Notes under the pieces: generated by a model
What the model was told of the DNA's origin: nothing
Database searches by the model: none
The model's input: only the letters and a program-made list of their open reading frames with translations
Translations under genes and position numbers: made by a program
Shown: positions 44,543 through 53,959 of the stretch, one piece after another
Layout of the letters: each line of letters opens with the position of its first letter
Position numbering within the stretch: position 1 is the stretch's first letter
Source: a virus
Lineage: Duplodnaviria > Heunggongvirae > Uroviricota > Caudoviricetes
Reading direction: 5' to 3' (one strand)
Virus record (IMG/VR): IMGVR_UViG_3300046500_000231
Location: 10,070-74,069 of that record
DNA: 64,000 nucleotides

Positions 44543-45148
44543 TTAGGCGGCTACCCGCAGACCGCGCATGAACGACAGAATGCCTTTCAGTTGGTCGGTC
44601 TTGATCCCAGCCTCGATCGCCCCCACCGCGTCCGCCAGGTGCTCGTTGGCCGCCACCGGCACCATCTGACCGGCACGCTTCGTGAGCAGCCAGTTGGCGG
44701 TGGGGAACTTGTCCATCGCCCACTCGATCATTTCTTCCTTCGTGCCGGATTTGAACCCGGTGCCGGCGAGCTTCACCTCGGTGGGCGTCACCTGAATGAG
44801 CGGGATCGGACAGGCCGACAGAACGCCAATACAGACGCCATACGAGGCCATTGCGCGCGCGGACTGCGAACCCACGGGAACTTCCGCAAAGGCGAAGGAA
44901 GCGCCTTTACACGCCTCCATCATGCCCTCGTAGAGCTTGCGCGCCCGCTCCAGGTCTTCGGAGTTCTTGCGCACGACCTTTTTGACCTTCTTGTCCTTCT
45001 CGTTCTCGGTTTTTACGAGCACGAGGTCGTTGATGGCGTAGTTGAGTGTGTCGGGGTCGAGCGTCGCTTTGGCGAAGCCGAAGTTGCTCAGCGAGGGGTC
45101 CATCCCCACGATTTTGATGCCGTTGATTACTTGCTTGGTGTCGCTCAT
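44543..45148 (-). CDS. RuvC-like Holliday junction resolvase
   Basis: IKIVGMDPSLSNFGFA and ANEHLADAVGA motifs. Confidence 0.6.
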   Translation of the reverse strand: MSDTKQVINGIKIVGMDPSLSNFGFAKATLDPDTLNYAINDLVLVKTENEKDKKVKKVVRKNSEDLERARKLYEGMMEACKGASFAFAEVPVGSQSARAMASYGVCIGVLSACPIPLIQVTPTEVKLAGTGFKSGTKEEMIEWAMDKFPTANWLLTKRAGQMVPVAANEHLADAVGAIEAGIKTDQLKGILSFMRGLRVAA

Positions 45149-45387
45149 ATGATTCTCTTGTTGTGAATAGTTGCGGGCGGGCGTCGATAGGGCTTGCCCG
45201 TTGCGCGTGCGAGCCGAACCGCCTCGCACCAGTCGCGCTTCGTGGGCAAGTCATCGACCGTGTGAGCGTCGGCGCAGTCGTCGCACACCGCGACGTCCCG
45301 CACCGGCTCCCACATTGGCGTTGTTTTGCCGCAGAGACAGCAGTTCTCATGGGGCGGACCCCACGGATTGCGCGTTGTGGCGATCAC
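45145..45387 (-). CDS. small zinc-finger protein
   Basis: CCLCG...CDDC. Confidence 0.4.
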   Translation of the reverse strand: MIATTRNPWGPPHENCCLCGKTTPMWEPVRDVAVCDDCADAHTVDDLPTKRDWCEAVRLARATGKPYRRPPATIHNKRII

Positions 45388-45578
45388 CGCCGCCTCCGTT
45401 CTTCAGCGTTGGCGCCCGCAATGGCACCAGCCCAAATCAACAAAACGGCTGTCGCTGTTGCCGCCAGTGCAGCCGCTCCACGCGTATCGCAAATACCAGC
45501 GGCGAGCCACACGAAAAGAATTCCGCTGAACAGGTAGCGCTGCGCCAGTGTGAGCTTGACCCAGAGTGCTTTCACCAT
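45384..45578 (-). CDS. small membrane protein
   Basis: MVKALWVKLTLAQRYLFSGILFVWLAAG... Confidence 0.35.
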   Translation of the reverse strand: MVKALWVKLTLAQRYLFSGILFVWLAAGICDTRGAAALAATATAVLLIWAGAIAGANAEERRRR

Positions 45579-46285
45579 GAGCCGAACTCCTGATAGCTCT
45601 CCATCGCTTCGGCGTTCGCCTCGATCTCCGCGGCGCGCTTGGCTTGTGCGGTGAGCTCCTCCTTCGCCTCGAGCACGTCGGCGAGCACCTCCTTCATGTA
45701 GATCGGGAACTGCGCGCCAAACACCGTGCGGCACGACTTCTCGGGCACTTCGATGGTTTCGAACTCGCTCGGGTCTTTAGGCTTGAACACGATGATCGTG
45801 CCGTGCTTCTTGCCCACATAAGCGCGCACCGGCTCGAACTCCTCGCCACCGATGAAGGCCTTGATCTTGTAGCCCTGCCCTTCGATCGCAGTGGTGAGCT
45901 TTTGCGGGGCGCCGACCATGAACGTCTTGGGCGTTTCCTTGAATGCGGCCGCGTATTGCGCGACCAGTTTGGCGAGTTCGGTTTGCTCGCCGGTTGCTTC
46001 TGCCATATCGACCTCCTCGTCGAGTGGTGGTTGTGCCGGTGGCCTGGGCCGCGGCTTGGTTCCGTTGCGGTAATGCAGTTCCTCCCGGTAGGCATCCGGC
46101 CCGCCGGGGAATTTGCTCGCCTCCTCGCTGTTGAAGCCGGGAATCCGCATGTCTGACACGAGGATTTGCCCTGCGCGCTTGGTAGAGACGGTGCGCCCCA
46201 GAGGGCGAGGCGACACCGTGACAGGATCGATGGGTTTGACCATGCTCAGGGACTTGCCAAAGAACGCGTCAGAGTCAAATGGCAT
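45572..46285 (-). CDS. hypothetical protein
   Basis: 237-aa ORF. Confidence 0.45.
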   Translation of the reverse strand: MPFDSDAFFGKSLSMVKPIDPVTVSPRPLGRTVSTKRAGQILVSDMRIPGFNSEEASKFPGGPDAYREELHYRNGTKPRPRPPAQPPLDEEVDMAEATGEQTELAKLVAQYAAAFKETPKTFMVGAPQKLTTAIEGQGYKIKAFIGGEEFEPVRAYVGKKHGTIIVFKPKDPSEFETIEVPEKSCRTVFGAQFPIYMKEVLADVLEAKEELTAQAKRAAEIEANAEAMESYQEFGSW

Positions 46286-46288
46286 GAC

Positions 46289-48238
46289 TCACGACCCACG
46301 AACGTTTGCACCCGTGACCTGCGTAAGTCCGCCGCTTTTCTCGGCGACAATCACTTGGTCGCACCAGTCGGCGAGCGAGTTGTGCGATATCACCACGACC
46401 GTTCCGCGTTCTCTCGCCTTTCTCTCCAACACAGTCATCAGACGTTCGAGACCAGCCTCGTCCAGAGCATGGTCAACCTCGTCGGCAACAAAAAGATTGA
46501 TCGGCTTCGTTGCGCGCGTGGCTACCATGTCCTGCAGGGCCATCGACGACGCGAGACGGGCCTTGCGCTTCTCCCCGCCCGACAGACCGGCGAACGACTT
46601 CGCGCCCTTGTCGTTGGTGACTTCGATGTTGAACTTCTCTTTCAACTCGCCCTTCGCCGTCTTGGCGAGCGTGTTCCAGGTCGCGTGAATGTTGCCGTCG
46701 GCGAGGATGCCCAGGTAGTCGCTCGTCTGATCGTTGAGGATCGGCGTCACCGTGTCGAGAATGTGGGCGCGCACGCCGGCCGGCCCGTAGACCTTCGCCA
46801 CGGTCTGGGCGATTTCGTTGTCGGTGACGGCCTTCCCCAGCGCGACTTCCGCATCCTTCAGACGAAGCTCGGCATTACCCTGCTTCACGCGAGCGGCGTT
46901 CTCGACCTTCTGCCAGGGGTTCTCCGCCTCCAGATGCGCCTTTGCCGCCTCCTTGATCGTGTTGATCTGATACCCGAGCGTCGTGCTATGCCGCGTGAGT
47001 GCGCGCACTTCGTTCAGGACGCTGTTCAAACGCGTGTTCTCGCGCGCCACCTCGCTGACGTCAGTCATCGACGCTTCGAACTTCGTGGCGGCTTCTTGCA
47101 GCGCTTTGAGTTCTTCCTGCGCGGTGCGAATGGCTTGCGCGATCGGCAGCAATCCCGCCTTCTGCTCGTTGATCGTTTTTACGCGCGCAGCCTTTGCGGC
47201 CTCCAGGTCGTGCTCGCAATAGGTCTTGCCGCACTCGCCGCACGGTTTGCCAATCTGCGACTCGATCTCGGCGAGCATCTTTTGCTGCGCTTCGAGCCCC
47301 CTCTTGCCGCCCGTGAGCGAGCCCATCGCCGTTGCAATCTCGCGCTCTTTCTTTGCCACCGCCTCTTTGTGGGTGGCGAGGATCTTCTGCTCGGCCTTGT
47401 GACCGTCGAGCTTCGCCTGACAGGCAGCAATCCGTTTTTCGAGCATCGCCTCGTCCTCGAGCTCGCCGCGCTTTTTCGTGTTCTCCACGATCTGCGCATT
47501 GATTGGCGGAATCTTGGCGAGCTCAGCCTTCGCCCTGTCTTTGCGCTGCGATTCGAACAACGCTTTTTGCTCCTCTGCGGCCTTGATCTCATCGGCGATC
47601 GTTTTCAGCGCGTCCATCGCGTTGTCTCGGGTCGATCGAGCCACCGATTGCGCCGTCTCTGCCGCGAGCGCACGCTTGCGGGCCTCTGCGTAGGCTTCGG
47701 TGAGCACTTCCACGCCGGCCGACTCCTCGATCAGCGTCTTGAGCGCCTTGTCGGTCATGCCCGGCAGGTCCGGCATCTTCTCCTGACCTGCGTAGACCGC
47801 AGCGGCGAACACCTCCTTGCTCGCGCCGACGATCTTCTCGACGACCTTCTGCGTCTCCTTGTCGGTGCCCTTTGAGAGATCCACCGTCGGCGAGCCGGCA
47901 ATCAATTGCTTCACGATCAAGGCGTTCTTGATTTCCTTGCTCTTGCGACCGCGCGAGATTTCGTAGGTGTCGTCGCCGTCCTCGATCACGACCGTGACGT
48001 GGCAGTCCTTGCCGGCGGTGTCGTTGATGACGTCATCACCCGAGACGCCACGCGCGGTTTCGCCATAGAGCACCCAAAAGAGCGCATCGACGATGGAAGA
48101 CTTGCCCGCGCCGTTGGACTTGGCCGACGGATCATCGAGGTTCGATCCCTGAATGAGAAGGAGACCGCGGTTATCCAGTTCGAGTTTTGCCTCACCGATG
48201 GTGAGGAAATTCCTGATGGTGAGTTCTTTGATATCCAT
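46289..48238 (-). CDS. sbcC: SbcC/Rad50-like SMC ATPase
   Basis: N-terminal Walker A GAGKSS, long coiled-coil, CGECG zinc hook, C-terminal signature/D-loop. Confidence 0.8.
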   Translation of the reverse strand: MDIKELTIRNFLTIGEAKLELDNRGLLLIQGSNLDDPSAKSNGAGKSSIVDALFWVLYGETARGVSGDDVINDTAGKDCHVTVVIEDGDDTYEISRGRKSKEIKNALIVKQLIAGSPTVDLSKGTDKETQKVVEKIVGASKEVFAAAVYAGQEKMPDLPGMTDKALKTLIEESAGVEVLTEAYAEARKRALAAETAQSVARSTRDNAMDALKTIADEIKAAEEQKALFESQRKDRAKAELAKIPPINAQIVENTKKRGELEDEAMLEKRIAACQAKLDGHKAEQKILATHKEAVAKKEREIATAMGSLTGGKRGLEAQQKMLAEIESQIGKPCGECGKTYCEHDLEAAKAARVKTINEQKAGLLPIAQAIRTAQEELKALQEAATKFEASMTDVSEVARENTRLNSVLNEVRALTRHSTTLGYQINTIKEAAKAHLEAENPWQKVENAARVKQGNAELRLKDAEVALGKAVTDNEIAQTVAKVYGPAGVRAHILDTVTPILNDQTSDYLGILADGNIHATWNTLAKTAKGELKEKFNIEVTNDKGAKSFAGLSGGEKRKARLASSMALQDMVATRATKPINLFVADEVDHALDEAGLERLMTVLERKARERGTVVVISHNSLADWCDQVIVAEKSGGLTQVTGANVRGS

Positions 48239-48507
48239 TATTCGTGCCCCTCGATGTATTCCTTGATCACATCGCCATGACAGGCGAGTGGTTTGCAGAA
48301 GCACCCCAGGCGCTTGCCCTTGAGTGCCATCACGCGGTCGTGAAAGCCGGGATCGGCGCGCAGCTTCTCCCTGAAATGCGAGCGGTAGGCGTCGATCACT
48401 TCCTCACGCGTGCCGTTTGGCCCGATCTGATACGGGTTGCCGAACTCGGACCCGCGCCCGATATACACGTCGAACGAATCGCGCCGCTTGTTGACGACGA
48501 GCGTCAT
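48238..48507 (-). CDS. DUF4326-family protein
   Basis: GNPY...CFCKPLACHGDVI pattern. Confidence 0.5.
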   Translation of the reverse strand: MTLVVNKRRDSFDVYIGRGSEFGNPYQIGPNGTREEVIDAYRSHFREKLRADPGFHDRVMALKGKRLGCFCKPLACHGDVIKEYIEGHE

Positions 48508-49565
48508 GCTTCCACCGCGCGCACGTGGTCGAGCACGTCTTGGCAGGCCTTCGCAACCGCCGCTTCGTGCGGGCTCGCGATGCTTTTCACGTAGTCGAAA
48601 ACCGAGCCATCGAGCGTCGTGCTCCTGATCGCCGATCCGGCTGCGCGCGTAATGGCGGTCGCGCTCTTTTGCACGTTGAGCACCACGCCTGCCGCGCCCT
48701 TCTCGATAAGGAACGCACGCAGCGCTTCGACTTCTTCCATCTTGGCGGTCGCGATCGTGGCGCGGACGTAATTGCCATCGACGATCAGCGGCACGTCATC
48801 GGGGTCGGTCGAAGCGTCGAGTTCCACGAACTCCGGTGCGCGCGACTTCATCCACGTGACACTCTTGTCATCCACGACGAGAAAGCCTGCTTTGGCGCCG
48901 ATATCGCTCCAGGTCTGTGGCGTGAGCGAGCCGATGCTGTAGACGCCGCGGCCCAGATCCTTGTGGGCGTGATAGTGGCCGCAAAAGATGCGACGAAAGC
49001 CCAGCGAGCCGAGATAGCCGGGGTCCAGACCGTGATCGGGGATGCCGGGAATCACGCCATCGACCGGTGCGTGCAGGATGAGGTCACACGCACCACGGTC
49101 TGCCGGATCGATGGACTCGATCTGTTTCTTGAGCCCTTCGATCGACGGATTCCAGGGGATCATCGCCACGTCATCGCTCGCAGCGAGGCCGCCGACATTG
49201 AAGCCGTTCACGACCTTGCAGCCGATGCCTTCGAGTGCGGTGATGGCCGATCCGACGCGGTTCGACTCTTTGCCTTCAAGATCGTGGTTGCCGGCGAGGA
49301 TGATGATCTGCATGCCGCTGTCCAGGATCTTCTTGTAGGTGTCGATCGTCGGATTGAGCACCGAAGGCGCGATCGAGCCGCGCACGTGAAACAGGTCGCC
49401 CGCGTGGTAGATCGTGTTGCCGCCCAACGTCTGAACGGCAGCGGCGCAGCGCAGCGTCTCGTTCAGAATCATCTGAAGCCTGCTGTTCACCCCTTCCGGC
49501 GTGGTCGTTGCGAACGCACTCCAGTTGTGGTGATGTGTATCGGAAATGACGCCATACGGTCGCAT
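48504..49565 (-). CDS. sbcD: SbcD/Mre11-like nuclease (calcineurin-like phosphoesterase)
   Basis: DTHHH, GDLFH, GNHD, GHYH motifs. Confidence 0.8.
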   Translation of the reverse strand: MRPYGVISDTHHHNWSAFATTTPEGVNSRLQMILNETLRCAAAVQTLGGNTIYHAGDLFHVRGSIAPSVLNPTIDTYKKILDSGMQIIILAGNHDLEGKESNRVGSAITALEGIGCKVVNGFNVGGLAASDDVAMIPWNPSIEGLKKQIESIDPADRGACDLILHAPVDGVIPGIPDHGLDPGYLGSLGFRRIFCGHYHAHKDLGRGVYSIGSLTPQTWSDIGAKAGFLVVDDKSVTWMKSRAPEFVELDASTDPDDVPLIVDGNYVRATIATAKMEEVEALRAFLIEKGAAGVVLNVQKSATAITRAAGSAIRSTTLDGSVFDYVKSIASPHEAAVAKACQDVLDHVRAVEA

Positions 49566-49577
49566 TCTTCTCTCCTT

Positions 49578-49596
49578 AGTCACTTCTGACTGGTTC
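49578..49596. promoter_or_regulatory. motif variant (TAGTCACTTCTGACTGGTT)
   Basis: Packed between the SleB stop (49598) and the sbcD start (49565). Confidence 0.5.
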
Positions 49597-49597
49597 G

Positions 49598-50002
49598 TTA
49601 CTTATAAAAAACGTGGTTTCCGGCCGCATATACGCGCGTCATGCCGGTATCCCAATTCGGATGCACCGTGCGGGTGTGGTAATACATCGCACCGTGCGTG
49701 AAATCATGGGCTTTCTTCTTCAACGTCACATACGCCACCGCACGTGCAGTGCGCCACGCATCTTCATCACGCGGCAGCGCGCGGTTGGTAATCTTCCAGC
49801 GCCCTTTTTGACGGATTACGAGCCTGTTCGCCCACGAAAACTGCTTGGGCTTGAACACGACTTCGCACACTTTCGTCGGATCGCCTTCTGCTCGGTTCAT
49901 CGTGGTCATTGCGACGGCTAACTGGCCCTGAATCGGTTCGCCACGACTCTCGTGGAAAACATTCAGCGCTAGACACAGAAAAGCACTCGCCAAGATCATC
50001 AA
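49598..50002 (-). CDS. SleB-family cell wall hydrolase (Hydrolase_2)
   Basis: Signal-like N-terminus. NVFHESRGEP motif. Confidence 0.65.
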   Translation of the reverse strand: MMILASAFLCLALNVFHESRGEPIQGQLAVAMTTMNRAEGDPTKVCEVVFKPKQFSWANRLVIRQKGRWKITNRALPRDEDAWRTARAVAYVTLKKKAHDFTHGAMYYHTRTVHPNWDTGMTRVYAAGNHVFYK

Positions 50003-50042
50003 ACTCCTCGCTACTCGACTTAAAATTCATTATACACCGAGT

Positions 50043-50060
50043 AGTCAGGGGTGACTGTTA
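50043..50060. promoter_or_regulatory. motif copy (TAGTCAGGGGTGACTGTT)
   Basis: Upstream of the SleB gene. Overlaps the upstream TAA stop. Confidence 0.55.
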
Positions 50061-50423
50061 TCGCATCGACATTGCCGACGCAATTCCCTTTGTTGTCTTG
50101 CCCGGATGATGGCGGAACCGGATCAGCGGCAGCCCTCTTTGCCGCGTCGTGCCCCAGTGGGCGAACGAACGCGGATCGTCAAAGAAGTCGTCCACGAACG
50201 TCAGGTAGAGGTTGCCCTTCTTGCCCGTCGTTTTCACGCCAATCACCTTGATGCCGCGGGCCTTGCACTCCTCTAGCGTGGCGACGTCGATGCACCAGGC
50301 GTTTTTCTTCTGGTAGACCTCGCGGCTCTTGCGCGAGGCGATGTAGCAGGCGCGGCCAGAGTCGAGATAGTGGAACCACCCGTAGAACTTGCCGTGCTGG
50401 GTGTGCATGTAGCGATTGGACAT
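50058..50423 (-). CDS. hypothetical protein
   Basis: Start MSNRYMHTQHGK. Confidence 0.45.
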   Translation of the reverse strand: MSNRYMHTQHGKFYGWFHYLDSGRACYIASRKSREVYQKKNAWCIDVATLEECKARGIKVIGVKTTGKKGNLYLTFVDDFFDDPRSFAHWGTTRQRGLPLIRFRHHPGKTTKGIASAMSMR

Positions 50424-50779
50424 TAGAAGGCGCCCCACCCCGCGTCATCGTAGGCTTGTGCTAGCTTGCGATTCTCGCGCTTTTGCGCGCGCTTCTGCTC
50501 TTTCGAGAGCGGCTTACGTGCCGGCGGTTTGGAGTCGTCGACATGCACTTCGTCCAGATGCACACCGCCTAACGAGAGCGACGCGCCACTCGACCTGCCG
50601 AGCCGACGACCGCCTGACACCAATGCTCGCCCGAGCGATTTGTCAATGGACTCCCACATCATGTCCTCAATCTGGCGGCGCGCCTTTTCCTCGTCGGACC
50701 ACGCCTTCTCGGCCTGCGTCTTGCCCATGCGTCGATCGCGCGACTCGCGCTGTGCCCACCGAACTTGATCCTGATACAT
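50423..50779 (-). CDS. hypothetical protein (GWGAF tail)
   Basis: Ends ...AYDDAGWGAF. Confidence 0.45.
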   Translation of the reverse strand: MYQDQVRWAQRESRDRRMGKTQAEKAWSDEEKARRQIEDMMWESIDKSLGRALVSGGRRLGRSSGASLSLGGVHLDEVHVDDSKPPARKPLSKEQKRAQKRENRKLAQAYDDAGWGAF

Positions 50780-51150
50780 CAGAAGCCTCCCCAACCCATT
50801 TCGTCATAAACCTTTGCCCGCTCCGCCTCTGCCCGCTCCGCGGCACGCTTTTCCTCGCGCTTCTCTGCCGTGTATTCATCGGGCAAAAGGTAGCCGTAGT
50901 TGACGCAGCGCTCGTCATCAATGATCGCGTCCAGCACCGCGGTGAGGAGCTCGTCCTTGAAGTGGACTTTCATTTCTGACTTCGGGTGCGCATCGACCAC
51001 AAACTTGTCGACCACCCAGCACATGTAGGTCGGACGCGTAGCGAGCAGTTCTCGCGGCGTCGTGCCTTTGTATTTGCCGAACGGCAGTGGCGTGTCGAAG
51101 TCGAGATTGACGTGCCAGGTGGTGTTCTTGAGTTGGACTTCGCTCACCAT
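50779..51150 (-). CDS. DUF3820-like protein (GWGGF tail)
   Basis: LPFGKYKGTTPRELL...YMCWVVD. Confidence 0.5.
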   Translation of the reverse strand: MVSEVQLKNTTWHVNLDFDTPLPFGKYKGTTPRELLATRPTYMCWVVDKFVVDAHPKSEMKVHFKDELLTAVLDAIIDDERCVNYGYLLPDEYTAEKREEKRAAERAEAERAKVYDEMGWGGF

Positions 51151-51497
51151 GTCCCCCAATCTGCTGAAGGGGCGTAAGCGACGACGGGCTCATGGGTCGG
51201 TGCGGCGGCGATCGGATCGTCAGGCTCGCCATCGATGGTGGCCTTCACCATGAACTCGGGCGGCTGACTTTGCCAGTGCCGGTAGTCCCGCTTCTCGCGA
51301 GTCGTGGCAAAGTTCCAGATCCATTCGTCGAGCTTGTCGTTCGCCTCTTGATCGAGGAACGACTGGCGCTTGTTCTTCGCAATGTCATCCCGCAGCCAGC
51401 ACAGGTAGCGCGGGTTCACAGTGATGACTTCGGCGATGGTCTTGCCCTTCATCTTGCCGAAGTTCATCGTGTCTTTAAGGCCGTTTCCGGTGCTCAT
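51144..51497 (-). CDS. DUF3820-like protein
   Basis: MNFGKMKGKTIAEVI...YLCWLRDD. Confidence 0.5.
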   Translation of the reverse strand: MSTGNGLKDTMNFGKMKGKTIAEVITVNPRYLCWLRDDIAKNKRQSFLDQEANDKLDEWIWNFATTREKRDYRHWQSQPPEFMVKATIDGEPDDPIAAAPTHEPVVAYAPSADWGTW

Positions 51498-51844
51498 TCC
51501 AATCTCCGCAAATACACGACAGTCGCCTTTTTGGTTGCCGTCGCAATGTGTGGTCCGTTTATCTTTTGCAGCAGCGCCATCAACCGCTCTGCGTGCTTGC
51601 CATCTGGCGCATCAATCTCGGTGTGGTTCATGGCCGCGTGCTCCGCGCACAACTCAGCCAGGCGCCCCACCTCTACTCGTTCGACAACTGCTTTGCCAAA
51701 GACCTCGCGGGCTTTCGAGTCCATCAGGAAGACTTCTTCCCCTTGCTGAAGGTGCTTGGCATAGAAGCCGCCAATGCGAAACGTGTTGAACTGCCCTTCG
51801 GTGCCGACGATCGGCGGAATAAAATCAATGACGCGCGTTTTCAT
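51494..51844 (-). CDS. hypothetical protein (possible ASCH-like)
   Basis: 116 aa. Weak. Confidence 0.35.
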   Translation of the reverse strand: MKTRVIDFIPPIVGTEGQFNTFRIGGFYAKHLQQGEEVFLMDSKAREVFGKAVVERVEVGRLAELCAEHAAMNHTEIDAPDGKHAERLMALLQKINGPHIATATKKATVVYLRRLE

Positions 51845-51903
51845 GAGTCGCTCCTAACGGTGAGTGCATTACACACATCATAGTCAGGAGCGACTTACTG
51901 CCG

Positions 51904-52932
51904 TTAGGCGGCCGCCGTGATGGGCGCGGGCAAGAACTTGAGCAGCTCATCCCACTGATTGTTGGCACGAATGTGCTCAGCCAGCGCCTTCACGTGATAC
52001 TTCTTACCGTCGATCCACGTCACATACGGCTTCGAGTAGGGCAACGTGCCCTTGTCCTTCAGAAACTCGACCGTTGAGAAGAAGCGGTCCAAGCGCGCAG
52101 TGCCTGCCTCGTCGAACGTCATGCGCAGGCTCGCTTCCTTGAACGGCTTGGTGAGCTTCGACTTCGTGACCTGCGCCGTGATGTTCTGACCGACGAACTC
52201 TTTGCCGCCAGCGACTTGCTCCATCACCTTCTGGCGACCGAGCGCAATGCGCGCGGTGGAATAGAACTCCATCGCCCCACCACCCGGCGTCGTGCGCGGA
52301 TCGCCGTAGACAACGCCGGGCTTGGTGCGGATCTGATTCAGATACAGGAAGGTCGCGTTTAAGTCCTCGCAGTGCTGCGCCATCGCCTTGAGCGTGGTCG
52401 ACGTCACGCGCGCCAGGGCGGTGGTGTCGTTCATGGTGTATTCGTCGATCTCCTTCTCCGCCTGCGACTTCGGCAGGGCCGCCGCGATCGAGTCGAACAC
52501 GAACAGAATCGGCGCGTCGTCGGCAATCGCCCCGCTCTTGCGAATCGCCTGGCACGCTTTCGCCGCGAACACATTGCCTTCTTCCCACGTGCGCGGCTTG
52601 CCGTAGATCCAGCGCGGCCGCTTGTTGTCGAGCCCGAAGCCGGCAGTTGCCAGATCCACCGAGAACGAACGCTCCCAGTCGATGAAGCCCGCTACGCCGC
52701 CCGCCGCTTGCGACTTCGCCATCCAGTCGGTAGCGAGCGCCGTCTTACCGGACGAGGACGGGCCGAACATTTCGACCATGCGACCATACGGCAGGCCGCC
52801 GTCGTATTTGCCGCTGATGGCGTAGTTCAGTTCGGGAAAGCCTGTGTCGATGAACTGCGTCACCGCCTGGTTGTCGGCGTTTGCACCGATCGCGGCGTCG
52901 AGTGCGGAACAGAGGTCGTCAAGTTTGCTCAT
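51904..52932 (-). CDS. RecA/UvsX-like recombinase
   Basis: Walker A GPSSSGKT. RecA-fold length and layout. Confidence 0.65.
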   Translation of the reverse strand: MSKLDDLCSALDAAIGANADNQAVTQFIDTGFPELNYAISGKYDGGLPYGRMVEMFGPSSSGKTALATDWMAKSQAAGGVAGFIDWERSFSVDLATAGFGLDNKRPRWIYGKPRTWEEGNVFAAKACQAIRKSGAIADDAPILFVFDSIAAALPKSQAEKEIDEYTMNDTTALARVTSTTLKAMAQHCEDLNATFLYLNQIRTKPGVVYGDPRTTPGGGAMEFYSTARIALGRQKVMEQVAGGKEFVGQNITAQVTKSKLTKPFKEASLRMTFDEAGTARLDRFFSTVEFLKDKGTLPYSKPYVTWIDGKKYHVKALAEHIRANNQWDELLKFLPAPITAAA

Positions 52933-52939
52933 AGTGTGT

Positions 52940-52957
52940 TAGTCAGTTTTGACTGTT
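52940..52957. promoter_or_regulatory. motif copy (TAGTCAGTTTTGACTGTT) 7 nt from a start codon
   Basis: Exact consensus. No room for a conventional RBS between it and the ATG at 52932. Confidence 0.6.
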
Positions 52958-52977
52958 GTCAAGTTTAAACGTTGAAT

Positions 52978-53892
52978 TCAGGGCTTGAAAGCGTGTGCCC
53001 AGGCGGAAACGTCACGGAGAATCGAGCGAAATGCGAGCTCCTCGCAGACTTCGGCGAACTTGTCCAAATCGAACTTGCCGATGACCACCCGCATGTCTTC
53101 CTTCTTCGGCTTCTCGACCTTCAAAAGCTGCATTAGGCGCAGGTTGCGGGCAAAAATCTTGCGCCCCTCCGGCGACGCGAGATTCTTGTGATGCACATAC
53201 TTGGGAACGAACGCACCGCTGTCACAGCGTCGCCAAAACTCACGCACCGATCCGAACTCAGCGATGAACTCTGGCGCGCGCGTTTCACCGAGCTTTCCGG
53301 TGCCTGGAATCACGTCAGAGGTATCGCCCACGAGGCACTTGCCCTCGAGAAAGGCATACGGCGTCGGGAACCCCGTCATGTCCATGAAGTTCTTCATGGT
53401 GATGCGCTTGTCGTCGTCACGGTGGTCTTGCCAGTCGACGTTATGGCGCACCAGTTGCGCCCAATCTTCGTCGCCGGTGACCAGCTCGATTTGGTTCTCG
53501 GGGTTCTTGGAGAGCTCAGCCACGAAGTAGCCCGCCATGTCATCGGCTTCGTGCGTCATTGCCGTGACCTGGCGAATACCGAGGTGTTCGAGCGCGCGTG
53601 CAATGTAGGGCCGCTGCAGCTTGTAGGATTCACGCTCCGCCTTTTTCTTGGCGTCGTTTTCCCGGTTGCTCTTATACGGCGGGTGCAGATCGAAGCGCCA
53701 CTGCGCACGGCCGTCCCAGAGGACCATCGGGGTCCAGTCGGGGCGCCGGCGCTTCAACACGCGCATCGAATTGAGGGTGCCGTAGATGGCTTGGGTCTCG
53801 AGTTCGCCCGAGCGCAGCTTCGTGCCGCGGTGCGCTGCGTGACCGATCGAGTTGCCATCTACGAGAATTGTCTTGCTCAAGATTTCCTCCAC
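52978..53892 (-). CDS. 5'-3' exonuclease / flap endonuclease
   Basis: ILVDGNSIGHAAH N-terminal motif of the PolI 5'-exo/T5 D15/T4 RNase H family. Confidence 0.75.
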   Translation of the reverse strand: MEEILSKTILVDGNSIGHAAHRGTKLRSGELETQAIYGTLNSMRVLKRRRPDWTPMVLWDGRAQWRFDLHPPYKSNRENDAKKKAERESYKLQRPYIARALEHLGIRQVTAMTHEADDMAGYFVAELSKNPENQIELVTGDEDWAQLVRHNVDWQDHRDDDKRITMKNFMDMTGFPTPYAFLEGKCLVGDTSDVIPGTGKLGETRAPEFIAEFGSVREFWRRCDSGAFVPKYVHHKNLASPEGRKIFARNLRLMQLLKVEKPKKEDMRVVIGKFDLDKFAEVCEELAFRSILRDVSAWAHAFKP

Positions 53893-53959
53893 GTGGACGA
53901 AGAAAAAGGACTGGCACCCGAAAGTGCCAGCCCTCTAAGGCAGGCCGGCTTGCTGCGTA

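Noticed and set aside
46166-47875. 569-aa plus-strand ORF
   Set aside because: Lies entirely antisense to the SbcC/Rad50-like gene, which has clear Walker A, zinc hook and signature motifs.
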